DNA of 64,000 nt from Nemertoderma westbladi (Eukaryota > Animalia > Xenacoelomorpha). Positions within the stretch are counted from its first letter, which is position 1; every line of letters begins with the position of its first letter. The notes under the pieces were generated by a model. That model saw only the letters and a program-made list of their open reading frames with translations, was not told the origin of the DNA and ran no database searches. The stretch covers positions 1 through 64,000 of the forward strand of contig JAUCBJ010005165.1 of assembly GCA_032718475.1 (NCBI GenBank), in the 5' to 3' direction. Below, piece by piece: positions 49,731 through 63,810 of the stretch. The position numbers and the translations under genes were made by a program.

Positions 49731-50589
49731 TTGTCTGTACTCAGGTCTCAAGATGACAGAAGTCATCCGCATGCTCAAGCATATCATCCTTTAAGCTTAT
49801 GCTCATCCGGTCAGAGACTTGCTGAGGACTTGAAAATTTAACTGTCAAAATTGTGGTCTTCTTGGAATTAATAAAAATACCAACACTAGAAGCAGCCTGT
49901 TCTAATGAGCTGAGGAGCCGTTGGGATCCCTCCAGTGATTCTGAGAGTAGGCCCTACTCCTGAGTCATATAGATATAAAAGTTTTAGATCATTTAGGTAT
50001 TTGACTGGATTTCCTCAACTTAATCTGGAGCCAATAGGTGGAGTTAACATACCCCATCATCATTATGATGATATAAGTGTGAAGCTAATAGTCAACCACA
50101 ATTATGGATCAAAATGGTGTAAGTGTGTCACCATGGAGGACTCCCAATATTACTTAAATTGATCTGTGTCATCATCAACAATAGACACAAAATGTCATTG
50201 AACCATTGTATAATGTACTGATTTGATTGCTGCAATAATTTCATCAAGGAATGCTATACAATACAATGAAATTATGCTGAACATAGGCCTAATATAGTAA
50301 TAAGCACTACTCGGAATATATCTGTATACCACCATACCAGTATTAAATTTTTTCGGTATTAATAATTCAGTACATGAAGCAGTATGGTACTGTAAAGCAG
50401 GATTGTCTAACTATGGTCCCTGAAACTGGATAGCGGCCCAAACCAAATCTAGTTGTTCAGTACAGTACAGTATATGTATGCCTAACTACATAACTAATAG
50501 TCTTATTACATTATAATCTGATAGTAGCCTACCGGGAAGCACCTACCTACAAACCTATACCAGAATCAGCAGAATGTCAGATACTCCTA

Positions 50590-52600
50590 CAGGTTCTAAG
50601 TCATTTGTGTGGTGACATTTCGTGATAGATGTACAAGATGAAGACAATTCCATTGCGGTTTGTCAACTAATGTGAGGAAGGTAACACATCAGTCGCGGCA
50701 AGAAAGACAAAATATTCACTATCATATTCAATGCACCCACTGGACCTGCAAATCAAGGAAGGTCATGGCAAATAACAATAGAGGGAAGTTACCAAGCTGT
50801 AAAATTGTTCTGACATCAATGACAGAGCTCAACGATTACCTGGAAAATTACGAAAATGATAGCACTTGATAATCAACCAATAAGTATGATTGAGGAACAG
50901 GGATTCATTGACCGTATTTCTCACTCGGAACACAGATACTTGATTCCATCTCTGCATTACTTTGCTGAAACGCCTCTTCCAATTCTATTCAAAAAGTTTG
51001 GTCTTCCATATATTCTAAAATAGGCAAATTGCCTAACATGTCAATTACCAGTGACATAGGGATGGAGTTCACAGAAGATAGGTTATATATCGCTGTCAGG
51101 CTATTAGATAAATAATGACTGGCAACATTGTAGTGTAGTGTTAAATACAAGACACTCCCCATGAAATCATACTAGCACTTAAACAAACCATTTATAGTTT
51201 GGTAGCAAACCATGCTTAGTAGTGATTAGTGTGACTTGTTGGTTCGGGATGCAGCAACCAATATTGTTTTGGCTTCTGAAATAGCCAAGTTAGATAGTGT
51301 GCAGTGTTTCCATCATAGACTACTGCTTGTTGTCAAGGATACCATTAATTTTCAAAGAAATGATTCTGACAAGATGCGAAATGGAGGTCCATAACTAACC
51401 ATTTCAATCATTTTTCATGTTGTTCTAGCACATTGAAGGCCATTCAAAGATTTAATAATTTAAATTATTAAATTTAAAAATTATAATATTATTATTTTAT
51501 TATTTTAATTTTATTTATCATTAAAATTATAATTTAAAATTATAAAAATATAATAATCCCATTCTCACCGCCAATGATGTTCTAACAACATGGAACAGTA
51601 CTTACTTAATGTATTTATAAGCTGAAGCAACACATTTCCATATATTCTAGTGAGGTGGATATTGCAGTTCTGAGGTTTCTGTTAACAGTGACCAAGCAAG
51701 GGCGGGGGGGGGGGGGGATTCATGGATTGATCCCCTAACTATGATTTGCATCTTGTCAATAAGGGGGGGGGGGGGGGGCTTATTGACAAGATGCAAATCA
51801 TAGTTATAGAAAACAGAACATCATCATCATCACCAGCAATTTTCCTTTTGCCTCATTGATAGGCCATAGACATCATATTCAATGTGTGATAGCCAAAGCG
51901 AGTATGGCCTAGTAAATGGAATCTACAGTCCTCATTTTATCTATTGATGCATTATTTTGATTTATGTATATTATTACGAGTAACTACTCTAAACTGGGGA
52001 TGACAATAATAATATTATTTATATTATATTTAATTAAATTAAATAATATATTACTGTGATATATATTTTCTCATAAATTGTGATGCCATGTATACACACA
52101 CACGTATGTCCATGTCACTTCTCCCAGCAGTCCCAGGTTTGTCAAAACTACTGCCCCCCCCCCCCCCCCCCCTTATCTTCCCCCCTTATTGACTAGGAGA
52201 GACGTCATTATGAACAAAAAGCCCCTGTGTATTAATACATACCGTAGATAAATACATTAAATGTTAAAAAACCTAAAAAAAAGTTTGCCAAATCCCCCCC
52301 CCTCTGGCTACACCAATATCTGTTAACTTGAGTCATTTTGTTTACTGCAGCCATTCTTCAAAATAACCGTGTATGTTAGCTCTGGCAATCCAATTGTTGC
52401 TACGGTGATACTGGTCATGACTGCTCTTATTCTTTACTTATCTACATCACATAGAGAGAGTGACAGTAGGGTACAATCATTGAAATCCATTTTCAAGCGC
52501 AGACTAGGGCACCAGTTCTGGAATGAAACTAATGATATTAACAAATCCTCCCTTTACTGTATAAGTACATTTCTGGACCAGTATATCTGCAAGACTCCTG
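50590..52600 (+). mobile_element. hAT (ZBED-like) transposase remnant with an internal insertion at ~51690-52315
   Basis: BED-like VW.HF; MIALDNQPISMIEEQGF; LVRDAATNI; CFHHRLLLVVKD; DVLTTWNSTYLM; ISTFLD. Confidence 0.75.
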
Positions 52601-53022
52601 TCAGACACCATTCCCTCCATGCAGACCTCCCCAGTGAATGGATAGTCTTGCCTAGATAGCACAACTGCTAATTCAATTCTCATTCCTGAAATTATTTTCC
52701 GGGTACTGAACATTGATGCAGATTGGGTGCCATATTCTAGCCAGAAGCTGGCTCTCCAAGGGCAGTAGGCCTATTGCTACATTGCCAAACAAGCAGCCTG
52801 ACTGACTAATAAGAACCGGTACTGGTATATTTCCATACTGCATTATTTAATTTGACTGACAGAAGATTCTAGATGTATGCAGTGGGAAATTGTAACCCAA
52901 ATACACCTACATACCCGGATACCAGCATAGGCCTACTGAAAATATAGCTGTATGTCATATGTATATCATATAGGCCTACATGCTACATCAGTACAGAACA
53001 GACAGACAGAAGCTTCTCCTAT

Positions 53023-53775
53023 GGGTGTAAACTTTATGCCCATGCCCAAGACCCAAACCCATTACCAAAACCCATGCCCAAAACCCACGCCCAAAACCCA
53101 TGCCCAAAACCCATGCCCAAAACCCACGCCCAAAACCCATGCTTATGTTTATAAAACCATGCTTATTACATGGTATTATTTATTACAAAATCCATGTTTA
53201 TTGTTCATATGGTTGTGAACTCAGAATAGCACGTACAATAACAGAAATAGCTGCTTATTGACGATCTTATTGGCGATCAAGATTACAGATATAGGGGGGG
53301 CTATCTGTTAGACATTAGGCCTACAATTACACCGTGTCCGGCAACCATCCTAAGGCCCACCAAGCACCAGTACCACTAACAGTTCATGTGTTTCCAGTTT
53401 CTATCCATAGAAAAAGTTATTTTGTTTAGTGACAGTGTATTTACAAGGTAGATTGGAAGAAAAAGGATGCTGGGCTTCCAATTATGGATTCTGAGAAACA
53501 CACCAACCCACACACCCACTTTTAGAAAACGGCCATAGTATAATTATATAAGCTCACTGATGGCACGCAGTTTTGACTCGCCCCACATAACAGTACAGCA
53601 GTACAAACTACCTGGCCTTCTACTTCTAGGCCTCCAGTTATTTTATAGCCATAAAATATAAGCTAAAACTTGGACTAAGCTTTGGGAATGGGTTTTGGGC
53701 ATGTGTTTTGGGCATGGGTTTTGTGCATGGGATTTGGGCATGGGTATGGGTTTTGGGTATGGAACGTTTACACCC
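53023..53775. mobile_element. Foldback MITE (Mutator-like) with 13-bp CCCATGCCCAAAA subrepeats
   Basis: TIR GGGTGTAAAC...GTTTACACCC; 9-bp TSD TTCTCCTAT / TTCTCCTCT (53014-53022, 53776-53784). Confidence 0.85.
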
Positions 53776-54379
53776 TTCTCCTCTGGAGTTTACCCGTGGA
53801 CAATGGTACAATGCTGATTTTGGTAGACAATTACATTAGTCTAGACCTACATATGTGTATATATATGCACAGCACATACATGACAGGCATACCTCTAGCC
53901 ATCCAGTAGTGCAGAATCAGTAATTTGTAGTACCAGAATACTGGTTCTGGTGCCATACACTCCACTGACTGGAATTTCTAGTGAACAAGGAATCAGCTGA
54001 TCAATCGGAAGGAAGTAGGTAGGGGTAGTTTTTATGGTACCCACCAATGGTTTGGTGCCCCTATAGCCCGCCCACAGAGCCAAGATGGCTCTGTGTGTAG
54101 TACATTGAGTATCTACTGATTGAAGTAGGATATATAGGGGATATTACATACTATTGCAATTTTAAATTTGGCAGTGTTTTTGTGGCACTCTTGGGCAGTT
54201 GATTTTGGCATTATTTTTATTTTATACTAAATATTTTTTTATTAAAAAATATGTGGAACTGGTGGGCCACACATACATAGTATTCAATACAATACAATAC
54301 CATACATAGTATACAATGCTTGATAAGTAAATAATATGGAAAATAAATTGTTTCGTTTCATTGTAATGCATGTTTACAG

Positions 54380-54404
54380 ACATAGATGAATGTTCTGGAA
54401 ATAT
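54380..54404 (+). pseudogene. Truncated cbEGF exon (DIDECSGN) with intact acceptor
   Basis: ~54342-54404 copies the intron end and first 25 nt of exon 10, then diverges. Confidence 0.75.
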
Positions 54405-54799
54405 AATATATAATAGTGAAGTTACATCATTGTACTTAGATGCAACTGAGCTTATAAAACTCCTACATCAGTACATAGGCCTACCTATTTTACCATTCAG
54501 GCTATTAATTTCTGCCTATAGGCCAACAAAGAGGCCTACCACCGCTACCAGTAGTCAGTACCGGTACCAAACTGTAAACTGGCTCCCAAACTAGCCAGAT
54601 CCACCCTACAGCCCTAACTTACAACCTACCTCGATTGGAATAGGCCTACTTTACTACACCAGGCTAGCATTCCTCACAATTATAGGCCTACTGACCACAA
54701 GGCCCATGTAAACCGATTTGCTTATCCATTCCCTGATTCCACCTGTCGAATTTCGGAATTTATTTTACAAAGGCCTTACTATGGACTGTTTTTTATATT

Positions 54800-55200
54800 T
54801 TCTTATCTAGAACCAGTGAAGTGTTCCACCAGGTTCAAAGCTTTATAAACCTATCAAAATATCACTCAAACCGCCAAAACAGTGGCATCTGACTGAGAGT
54901 GAAAAGTAATTTCCTCCTTTAATAATTGGCGTCAGAATATTTTATATCAATTGTCAACTTCTGACGAGTTTGCACAATTTTTCGATGCTATATGGCTGAA
55001 CACGAATGACGATGAACAATATCGTGGACTTACAGACGATGCTCAACCAGGCCTACCAGGAGCTGGTCCAGTCCATAAAAGAGCCCAGAAAAAGGTGCAA
55101 CTAGAGAGAATGCTTGGCTATATTGTATCGTATATCTGCAACTTGCAAATTTGTGATCAGTTACATCATACCGTAAGAGTCAGTAAAAGTGCTGCAGTCA
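54800..55200 (+). mobile_element. LTR retrotransposon gag-like fragment
   Basis: PPKQWHLTESE...SFNNWRQNI.YQLS...YRGLTDD...QLERMLGYI resembles the N-terminus of marine-invertebrate Gypsy polyproteins (from memory). Confidence 0.55.
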
Positions 55201-55402
55201 GACAGTGGATGATGCTGGTGCGCTCAACCAGGCCTACCACGAGCTGGTCCAGTCCATAAAAGAGCCCAGAAAAAGGTGCAACTAGAGAGAATGCTTGGCT
55301 ATATTGTATCGTATATCTGCAACTTGCAAATTTGTGATCAGTTACATCATACCGTAAGAGTCAGTAAAAGTGCTGCAGTCAGACAGTGGATGATGCTGGT
55401 GC
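55041..55402. repeat. Tandem duplication, 181-bp period
   Basis: GCTCAACCAGGCCTACCA at 55041 and 55222. Confidence 0.9.
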
Positions 55403-56021
55403 AGTAGTGCAGGCTACAACAGACCTAGGCCTAAATATTTCCAATACTACATACTGTTATGTACTCTTATGTTTGTCGGATTGATATCACCCAAAATAAT
55501 TAAAATATGATGATTCAAAAATAATTAAAAACTTTGTTTATGGTTCCTTCCCAGGCCAGCAATGCAGCATTATTCCACTGGGTAAGAAAGAGAAAGCTAA
55601 GTTTTTCCAGTTAATTTGAATAGAATTCTGATTCTCTTAGCACTGTCAATCAACTAGCTATTTTGAATAAATGTTTCCTTGACATGGGAGTTTATAAAAC
55701 CTGTTTTGGAAATGACATCCTTTATTGGAATTCATATAGCTGAGCCTTATTTTCAATAACATGACCAGCTGATACAGTTATTCTAAACTGATTTCATCCT
55801 ACCAGAAACTGTAATGATGACCTTATAACATGTGATGTTACCCAGTTATTTAAAACGGATAGATTAAGCATTAATTAAGCATACAATTTGTATTTATGTA
55901 TTTGTACTATATAGTCTCCAAATCGATGGCGGCTGATTAGGCTCAAAATGTAATATATTCCTTATCAATGTAATTTAACATGAATAAAAAATATTGAAAT
56001 TATGTTCAATATATGTTGAAT

Positions 56022-57070
56022 ATTTATTCAATATGTACTGACTATCAATTGAATATGAATTCAAAAAGTGTTCAATATTGCACATTTATTCAATATGTAC
56101 TGACTATCAATTGAATATGAATTGAAAAAGTGTTCAATATTGCACATTTATTCAATATGTACTGACTATCAATTGAATATGAATTGAAAAAGTGTTCAAT
56201 ATTGCACATTTATTCAATATGTACTGACTATCAATTGAATATGAATTGAAAAAGTGTTCAATATTGCACAATTATTCAATATGTACTGACTATCAATTGA
56301 ATATGAATTGAAAAAGTGTTCAATATTGCACATTTACTCAATATGTACTGACTATCAATTGAATATGAATTGAAAAAGTGTTCAATATTGCACATTTACT
56401 CAATATGTACTGACTATCAATTGAATATGAATTGAAAAAGTGTTCAATATTGCACATTTATTCAATATGTACTGACTATCAATTGAATATGAATTGAAAA
56501 AGTGTTCAATATTGCACAATTATTCAATATGTACTGACTATCAATTGAATATGAATTGAAAAAGTGTTCAATATTGCACAATTATTCAATATGTACTGAC
56601 TATCAATTGAATATGAATTGAAAAAGTGTTCAATATTGCACATTTACTCAATATGTACTGACTATCAATTGAATATGAATTGAAAAAGTGTTCAATATTG
56701 CACATTTATTCAATATGTACTGACTATCAATTGAATATGAATTGAAAAAGTGTTCAATATTGCACAATTATTCAATATGTACTGACTATCAATTGAATAT
56801 GAATTGAAAAAGTGTTCAATATTGCACATTTACTCAATATGTACTGACTATCAATTGAATATGAATTGAAAAAGTGTTCAATATTGCACATTTATTCAAT
56901 ATGTACTGACTATCAATTGAATATGAATTGAAAAAGTGTTCAATATTGCACAATTATTCAATATGTACTGACTATCAATTGAATATGAATTGAAAAAGTG
57001 TTCAATATTGCACATTTACTCAATATGTACTGACTATCAATTGAATATGAATTGAAAAAGTGTTCAATAT
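56022..57070. repeat. Satellite, 62-bp unit x ~17
   Basis: ACTATCAATTGAATATGAATT at 56041, 56103, 56165 and onward; near-identical units. Confidence 0.95.
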
Positions 57071-57499
57071 ATTGCGCAATTATTCAATATGTATTTATTC
57101 AGTATGGAATGAAAAAGTATTCAATTTGATTGTTTATTTAATCTATATATATAGTGTAGTTGCTCATTGTGTATTGCGTATTTATTCAATTCAAATTGAA
57201 AACGTTTTCATGTGGGATCACATTCAGGTTCGCCAGCCTATTAATGTGATAGTAGCAGTCTCGGTTGAGAGGGCAGTTTCATGGCCTACTATATTTTTAT
57301 TTCTTTCTTTTGATTCAGATAAACTGACAATAAAAACAATTATTTTAAAATTTAATTAAAAAATTATAAAATATTTCTTGACATAACGGTACATCAGAAC
57401 CGATTCGATCTGTGGCAGCGGGTGCACAGCTACAGCTGCTTTGCTCATGTACCTGCTGAGTGCTGAGGACCCCTTTAACGTGAGCAGCCATTGGCTCAG

Positions 57500-58930
57500 C
57501 TAGCTGCCAGACTGGCTGTTGTTAGACTGGTGAAGGTCATATTGAGCGCTATGTTGGGGCACTCATTGTGGTGCGCTAGCATACCCACAACCAGCCGAAA
57601 GGCCTCCTGGGAGTTCGGTCTTGCCTTGCCTGGGAGGTCTGGCCAAATGGTATAGCATGACATTCCCAATGTAGATGCCGACATTCAGTAAACTGCGGAT
57701 GGCATTTTGATAGACAATAGCCAATTTGTTGCGATCGATTTGGTTGAGGGAACCGATGATGTCGAGTTTCATTGCATACAGTATTGACGGTAGGGCCATG
57801 CTGCTCCACAACTTAAATACTGCCGCCATTGGCAGCCACCTCGTTGACCAACCCTTGGCCTGGAATATCTGTGCCAGGGCCACAGGCGCCCAGGGGTTGG
57901 TCTGCGTCTGGGCCAGGTTATAGCCCAAGATGTTCCACAATTTACTCTCACCACCGAGGTGAAGGAAGATCGGTAGGTGAGAACAATTTTATTCCATTTG
58001 CACTGTTTTTAAAGATTTTGAATAATATTTCCATGTCCTTTGAGTTGTCAGTTATCAGTAGATAGTCATCAGCATGATATGGCCCCCAACCAGACAGATT
58101 TAATATAGCAACCAGTGTTTGATACCTCGAGGTTGCACATGATGCTGCGTGTGTGTTAAACATTATTTGTGACAAAAGTGAACCATGTTTCATACTTCGT
58201 GTTACTAATAGTCCTTGGCAAATTATAAGACCATCAAATTTCAGATAGATGGTGCTTATCATAATATAGTATTGTAGAATAGTTGCTATGACATGTGGGT
58301 AAACGAACTCCAACATTTTCAAGCCTAGTATGTCATAGTCCATAGAATCATTCGCCGCTTCGATATCTAATTGACAGATATACAAAGGGGATCTCTGGCA
58401 GAGTTTATATTCCAAATATTCTAAAATGATGGATATGGCGATGTTGCATTCAATTTTATTTCGATAGGAATCTTTAGCCCAGAAACTGATGGATGCTATA
58501 GGTCTATAAAAGCCGATCTTGTACAAGTCCCAATGTTTACCTTTATACAGACTGGTTATTACCGAATTACCAAAGAGCAGCGGGGCATGTTTCTTCTACT
58601 CCAGACATAAATTTAATACGCAGAATAGAAGGTCGCAAATGGGGTCCTTATGAATTAAATTGGGTTCATATGCATCATGTGATCCAAAGTAAGGGATGCA
58701 AGGTCTGGGTAGAAAATGATATGACAACCCTTTTAATTGCCAGAAGATATATCTGTGGAACAGCCCAGCGATCTGCAGTTCAGTTTTTAGCATTTCGCTC
58801 AGCCCATTTTTCCCACTGAACTTAACAGTGTACTGGTTGCATAAATCCGATTCCATGTTTGGTGGGGCGCAGGTAGTGTTCTCACAGTTGACGTTATTCC
58901 AGAATTTAGGAGAATTGTAATTATATTCCC
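57500..58930 (-). mobile_element. Degenerate LINE RT region (RTEX-like)
   Basis: YRPI, QLDIEAANDSMD, KHGSLLSQIMFN, YHADD, LPSILYAM. Confidence 0.7.
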
Positions 58931-59139
58931 TGGTCCACCTTTCTGCAGTGCCTATAATAATAACTATTTATTTGAAAATGGAAATATTTTAATATTGTTA
59001 AAATTTTTATTCATTTGTTAATATTTATTCGCACTTTAGAGGGAAAACATAAGAGTTAGTTAAATGGCTGAACAAAGTGAGGAAGGCAAAGTAGACTAGT
59101 ACAGTTCTGATTTACTATGAATTGTAATGTTTAATTTAA

Positions 59140-59860
59140 GTTATAGTAATTTGTGAAGCCCATCCCTGGTGATGAGTGCTTGGTCTTGCTATAATAATTC
59201 TATGATTAATACCTTTTATCTCGACCATATACTTAGCCACATCACGGTTTTCTGATCCTTTATCCCCACCCGTGAAGGAATGTTGTGTCAACGTGGTGGC
59301 TTGAAATAACCTAAACACAGTATCATCGTGATTGTTGCTGCTACAGAATAAAAAGACAATTAATCTGGACAACCCATCTATTCCGTTGTGAATAATGAGT
59401 TTGCAACAAATAAGTGAATGGTGGCCATTGATATCCCACAATGCATTCGCCCTGCTTACTGCATAACGGCGTCTTTGAACCAGTGCCCCCCACCTTTGGG
59501 CAGATAATACAGGGTCTACGTCAGTTAATAGTGTATGCACTCAATGAAGAGTAACGGTAATGCCTCTATGGAGTTTAAAATGCCATGAACAAGGCGATAT
59601 CCAGCATGTACATATTCTCTATGAATCCGTTTTATTAATACCTTTACCTTAATTAAGGCATTTTGCACCCACACCAACGTCTTGACATGGTAATCCTGAC
59701 TCATCTGTACCTCCACATCTACCTACCAGCGAGTATGTCTTTGTCCTTATGGATGCGCACCATGGTCCTTTACAGTGACCATATACTTATGGGCCATATA
59801 AAGTGGTTGAATAAGGACCCAAAACGTTTGTTGTCGAGGTGGGCAGTCGGCAAGAGACTA
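59140..59860 (-). mobile_element. Second IS3EU-like transposase pseudogene
   Basis: RRRYAVSRANALWDINGHHSLI...HNGIDGLSRLIVFLFCSSNN...DKGSENRDVAKYM. Confidence 0.7.
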
Positions 59861-60327
59861 TATCGATAGATAGACTCAAACCCGCCCATCTCGCCATCGA
59901 CCAACCAACCGACCAGTAGCACCAGCTGTTCTCCACATTGAGACCCCCCACTGTTCCTGCCACACAACGTGAATCTCCCCTAGACACCAACACAAAATAA
60001 TTACCATGTGAAGTGGCTATACAATTCAAAGCCCAAACTATTTTTTTTGACAACGGTTCTGTGGGAAGCTGTATAGTGAGTGTCCTTATCCATGACTGCT
60101 GTGGAACCATTCATATAATATAACTTTTGCTTTCAGTTGTCTGTGTTGGTTAGGCCGGATAGCCTACCGTACCCTCACTGTCAGATTGTTTCTGCATATG
60201 CCTAATATTTCTGGTTCTTATTAAGCTATTGTTTAATTATTTTGTGATGTGAAGCACTCAACTGAGTGGGTCATTCACTGCAGCACTACAGCATTTTATT
60301 TAAATATGTATATGTTATTTCATGCAG

Positions 60328-60459
60328 ATATTGATGAATGCTCAGTCGCAGTCGATAATTGTGATGATGTTTCTACAACATGTCACAACCAACAAGGTGG
60401 ATTCGCTTGTGATTGTATTACTGGATATACCCCAACAAGTCTACCCAATCAATGTGAAG
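60328..60459 (+). CDS. Host exon 12: cbEGF (paralogous to exon 5)
   Basis: DIDECSVAVDNCDDVSTTCHNQQGGFACDCITGYTPTSLPNQCE; CAG/GTAATA; 132 nt, phase 1-1. Confidence 0.9.
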
Positions 60460-61489
60460 GTAATAAATTACACAATCTAAGCATACCCTGTGTTTCACTT
60501 CCCATTAACTGTTTTCTTGGACAAAGGTCGGATTGATGACTCGACTAGTAGTAGTCATATTTGTTAAATCGAACATTATTTTCATCACATTGTTATATAT
60601 TATTTGTGAAAGGCATTGAGAATATTCATAATTTTAAGGAATATTTGCAATCCCTTTATTTTCCTTTCCCTGTTTGCTATACCAAGGCGCAGGATTCAAA
60701 AACATAATACAACTTATTGCGAATAATATTAACCTCAGTAATTAATAAGATTTAATATACTTTGGTTAGAGTAATTTACTGAATAAAATCACCAAAATAT
60801 GGGTAAGCCAAGTTTTGAATAAAAATTTTTTTTAATAGCTCCTAAAAATACTCAATAGTATTTCCACTTCAAAAACAACCAATAAAATACATAGTAAAAA
60901 AATAGGCCTGTGGTGTCAACTAGTACCGAAATAAAAAGTTACCCTAAAATTCAAGATCGACGAAACAGATCCTGTATTAAAAATACCTTACCAATTTCTG
61001 AAACTCCAATTTCATGGACTTGCAACCCACAGTATTGCGAAGTTTGTCCTCTTCCATTTAGCTAGTAATTCTATACTGTCAAATAACTTAGGAAAATGAA
61101 ACGGAGGGTTAAGAATGCCATCATACAGTCGATTATAGCAGGTCAATTCTGTACCAAAATTGTTTAGCTTTGGAGCCAAAATTTAATACTAGCTAATGTT
61201 CTTTAAATATTACTAATTTTGAAACTTGTGGATGATTGACTCTCTGCAGTTTTTTTTTTAATTTCCACTATAGGCTTTATATGATTTTATTGGATGGGAT
61301 TATGTGTTTTCAGTACGTACGCTGAATCGATTCGAACTATTTTATACAAAAAAATAAAGTCAAGGTAAAGTAAAACATAACACTAGCTGGCAGTGCTAGC
61401 GCTCCATGAAAGAAGCTCTCCATCTTCAAGACGACTGTTCAACTGTCCACCACTTCGTTCAAGTTACACTCCAAATAATGTATATACAT

Positions 61490-63810
61490 CAGGTCAGGTC
61501 AGGTATTCTAGGTCATTGATCAAGAAAACTTGCCACCTCCATGCAGCATAAAGGAGATGCCACCTGTAGCTGCATAGACCCTCTTACTAGGGCAAATCTG
61601 GTCCTGTAACTAGGACCCCCTTCGTTCTGGGATAAGGATGCCCTTGGTCCTGTATTAAGGACCCATATACTTGGCTGCAGGGGTATATGGCCTGGCCAGG
61701 CAGATGGTGATCTACCAATGGCTGGTCAGGAGTAGAGTGTTGTCATGTCCACTCTGAGTGCACTTCACTGCGACCTGCACCTGGCAGCAGGGGTACAGGG
61801 CATGACCCAGCAGATGAGCTGCACAGCCAATGGTGGGTCATGTGCGCCAGAGTAGATATGGGTGATGGGCCTCATATCTGACTCCACTGCGACACCCACC
61901 CATGTGGAATGGCAAACCAGGGTGTGGTGTGGTATTTGCCAGCTGACTCGGCAAAAAAGCACCCCCAACCCCCACTATGGAATACATTAGTAATACATTA
62001 GGTCCAGCCACTAGAGGCCAGTGGAATGACTGGACACAATCGGCCTCACAGGTGTCAGTTATCTCCTGACCAGATGCCTGTCTCACCCCTTACTGGAGAG
62101 AGAGCGGCAAACAATTATTTGAGTGCCTTTCCTGATGACCTTTCTGGCCCAAACCCTGGGTCACCAGGGAGGCCAGATTGTGAGGGGGGAGGGATTCTGG
62201 AGTTGGAGGCTACTCTCATGTTCCACCCCGACCAACAAAGCCATTGGTGAATCTGAGGCAAGTCACTAAACTAGCCTCAGTAAACACCCTAACACTCGGG
62301 TCCCCAATGCGACAAGGTGAGCTGATTAAGGACATGGGGGGCGGTTGGCGACTCGCCCTCGCTTCAGCAGATGATAGTGGCAATGGTGTAATCGGTCTAT
62401 TGATGAATCCAACTGCACATGCAGCATTGGACAAAATAGTCCAAATCTCTAACCACATCATCCGTTGCCACTTCTCATGTTCTGGAAGACTGGCTAAGAA
62501 GTTTCCTAAGGTGGTTCTGATTGTGTGCTACTCTCCAACTAGTGTTGCCCCTGTAGAGGAGGTGGAAAATTTCTGAAAAAAATTTCTGAAAGATTTCCAG
62601 AATCTACAAGCAGCTACTGATGGAGTCCCAATCACCTACATCGGACTGGGTCTATAGCAATAGTGTTAACCGAAATTCAATCCATCTTCAGGATTTTATC
62701 TCTGGAAATGGGTTGTTTTCAGCTGGAACCCAGTTCAAGAAGCGAACTGGAAAGATCACTGATCACTGTGAGGGCTATACTGCCTTCACAGAGGCAGTTA
62801 AGTTAGCAGCTGTAGAAATATTTCCTGTATACCCTCGAAACAGGAAACGGGCCCCCTGGACTGACAACAAATTCAGAAGTGCCGAAATGACCTCTACAAG
62901 GCGCAGAAAGAGTCCCGACTCAAACAGACTACAGCGGCCAAGAATGCAGTTAAGGCTGCATCTAGGTCCCTGAACAGGCAGTACTCTGTTAATTTACAGG
63001 AGCTAATAAACCAACAGGTTGATGCCATCAATGATGCTGACGACAGCAGGCAATCATCCCAGGCATGGAGATCGATCAACTTGCTTGCTGGTCGAAAAAG
63101 CCAACCAACCACCAAGGTTAAGGCTGAATCACCAGCTGATCGCCTCAATGGTTGGAAGGCCCACTTTGAAAAGCTCCTCAATAATGACAGGGTATTGCCT
63201 GATAACTTTATAGAAGTAAAAGTGTCTGAGTCTGTACTCCCAGATATTCCCATTGGTGATATCTCCTTTGCAGAAGTGAAGGCTGCTGCAAAGAGCGTTA
63301 AAACCAATCGTGCCAGTGGAGTAGATGGTGTTCCCCCTGAGGTCTTTAAAATACCTGAGTGTTTAAAGCTCATCTATCCCAGCATAGTAGACATGTACTG
63401 AACAACAAGAGTCCCACAAGAAATGAAAACAAATAAGTTGGTGCCAGTTCCCAAGAAGGGCAACCTAACACTATGGTTCTTTTCGGGGAATCTCATTGAT
63501 CTCGATTGCTGCAAAGCTATACAATAGAATTCTATTAAATCGCATCAGGGATCCCATTGAGAGACTGCTCCGTGGAAATCAGAATGGGTTCCGTAAAGGT
63601 CGTGGGACCATGGAGCCCATTTTGGCACTTAGAAGGATAATTGAAGAGTTATCAAAAAAGAAAGACAGGCATCTGGCTGTTATCTTTGTTGACTTCTTCA
63701 AGGCCTTTGATTCAGTCTCTTGCTCACGTATGTTCAGCATACTTTCATTATATGGGATTCCTGATGAAATTATTGCAGCAATCAGATCAGTATATGATGG
63801 TTCGACAACA
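61490..63810 (+). mobile_element. RTE-clade LINE, 5' UTR + APE + first half of RT, 3'-truncated
   Basis: LASVNTLTL, GVIGLLM, IVCYSPT (APE); RASGVDGVPPE, AKLYNRILLNRI, QNGFRKGR, FVDFFKAFDSV. Confidence 0.85.

Noticed and set aside
56022-57070. CRISPR array
   Set aside because: Units repeat over their whole length with no unique spacers, no cas genes, eukaryotic context
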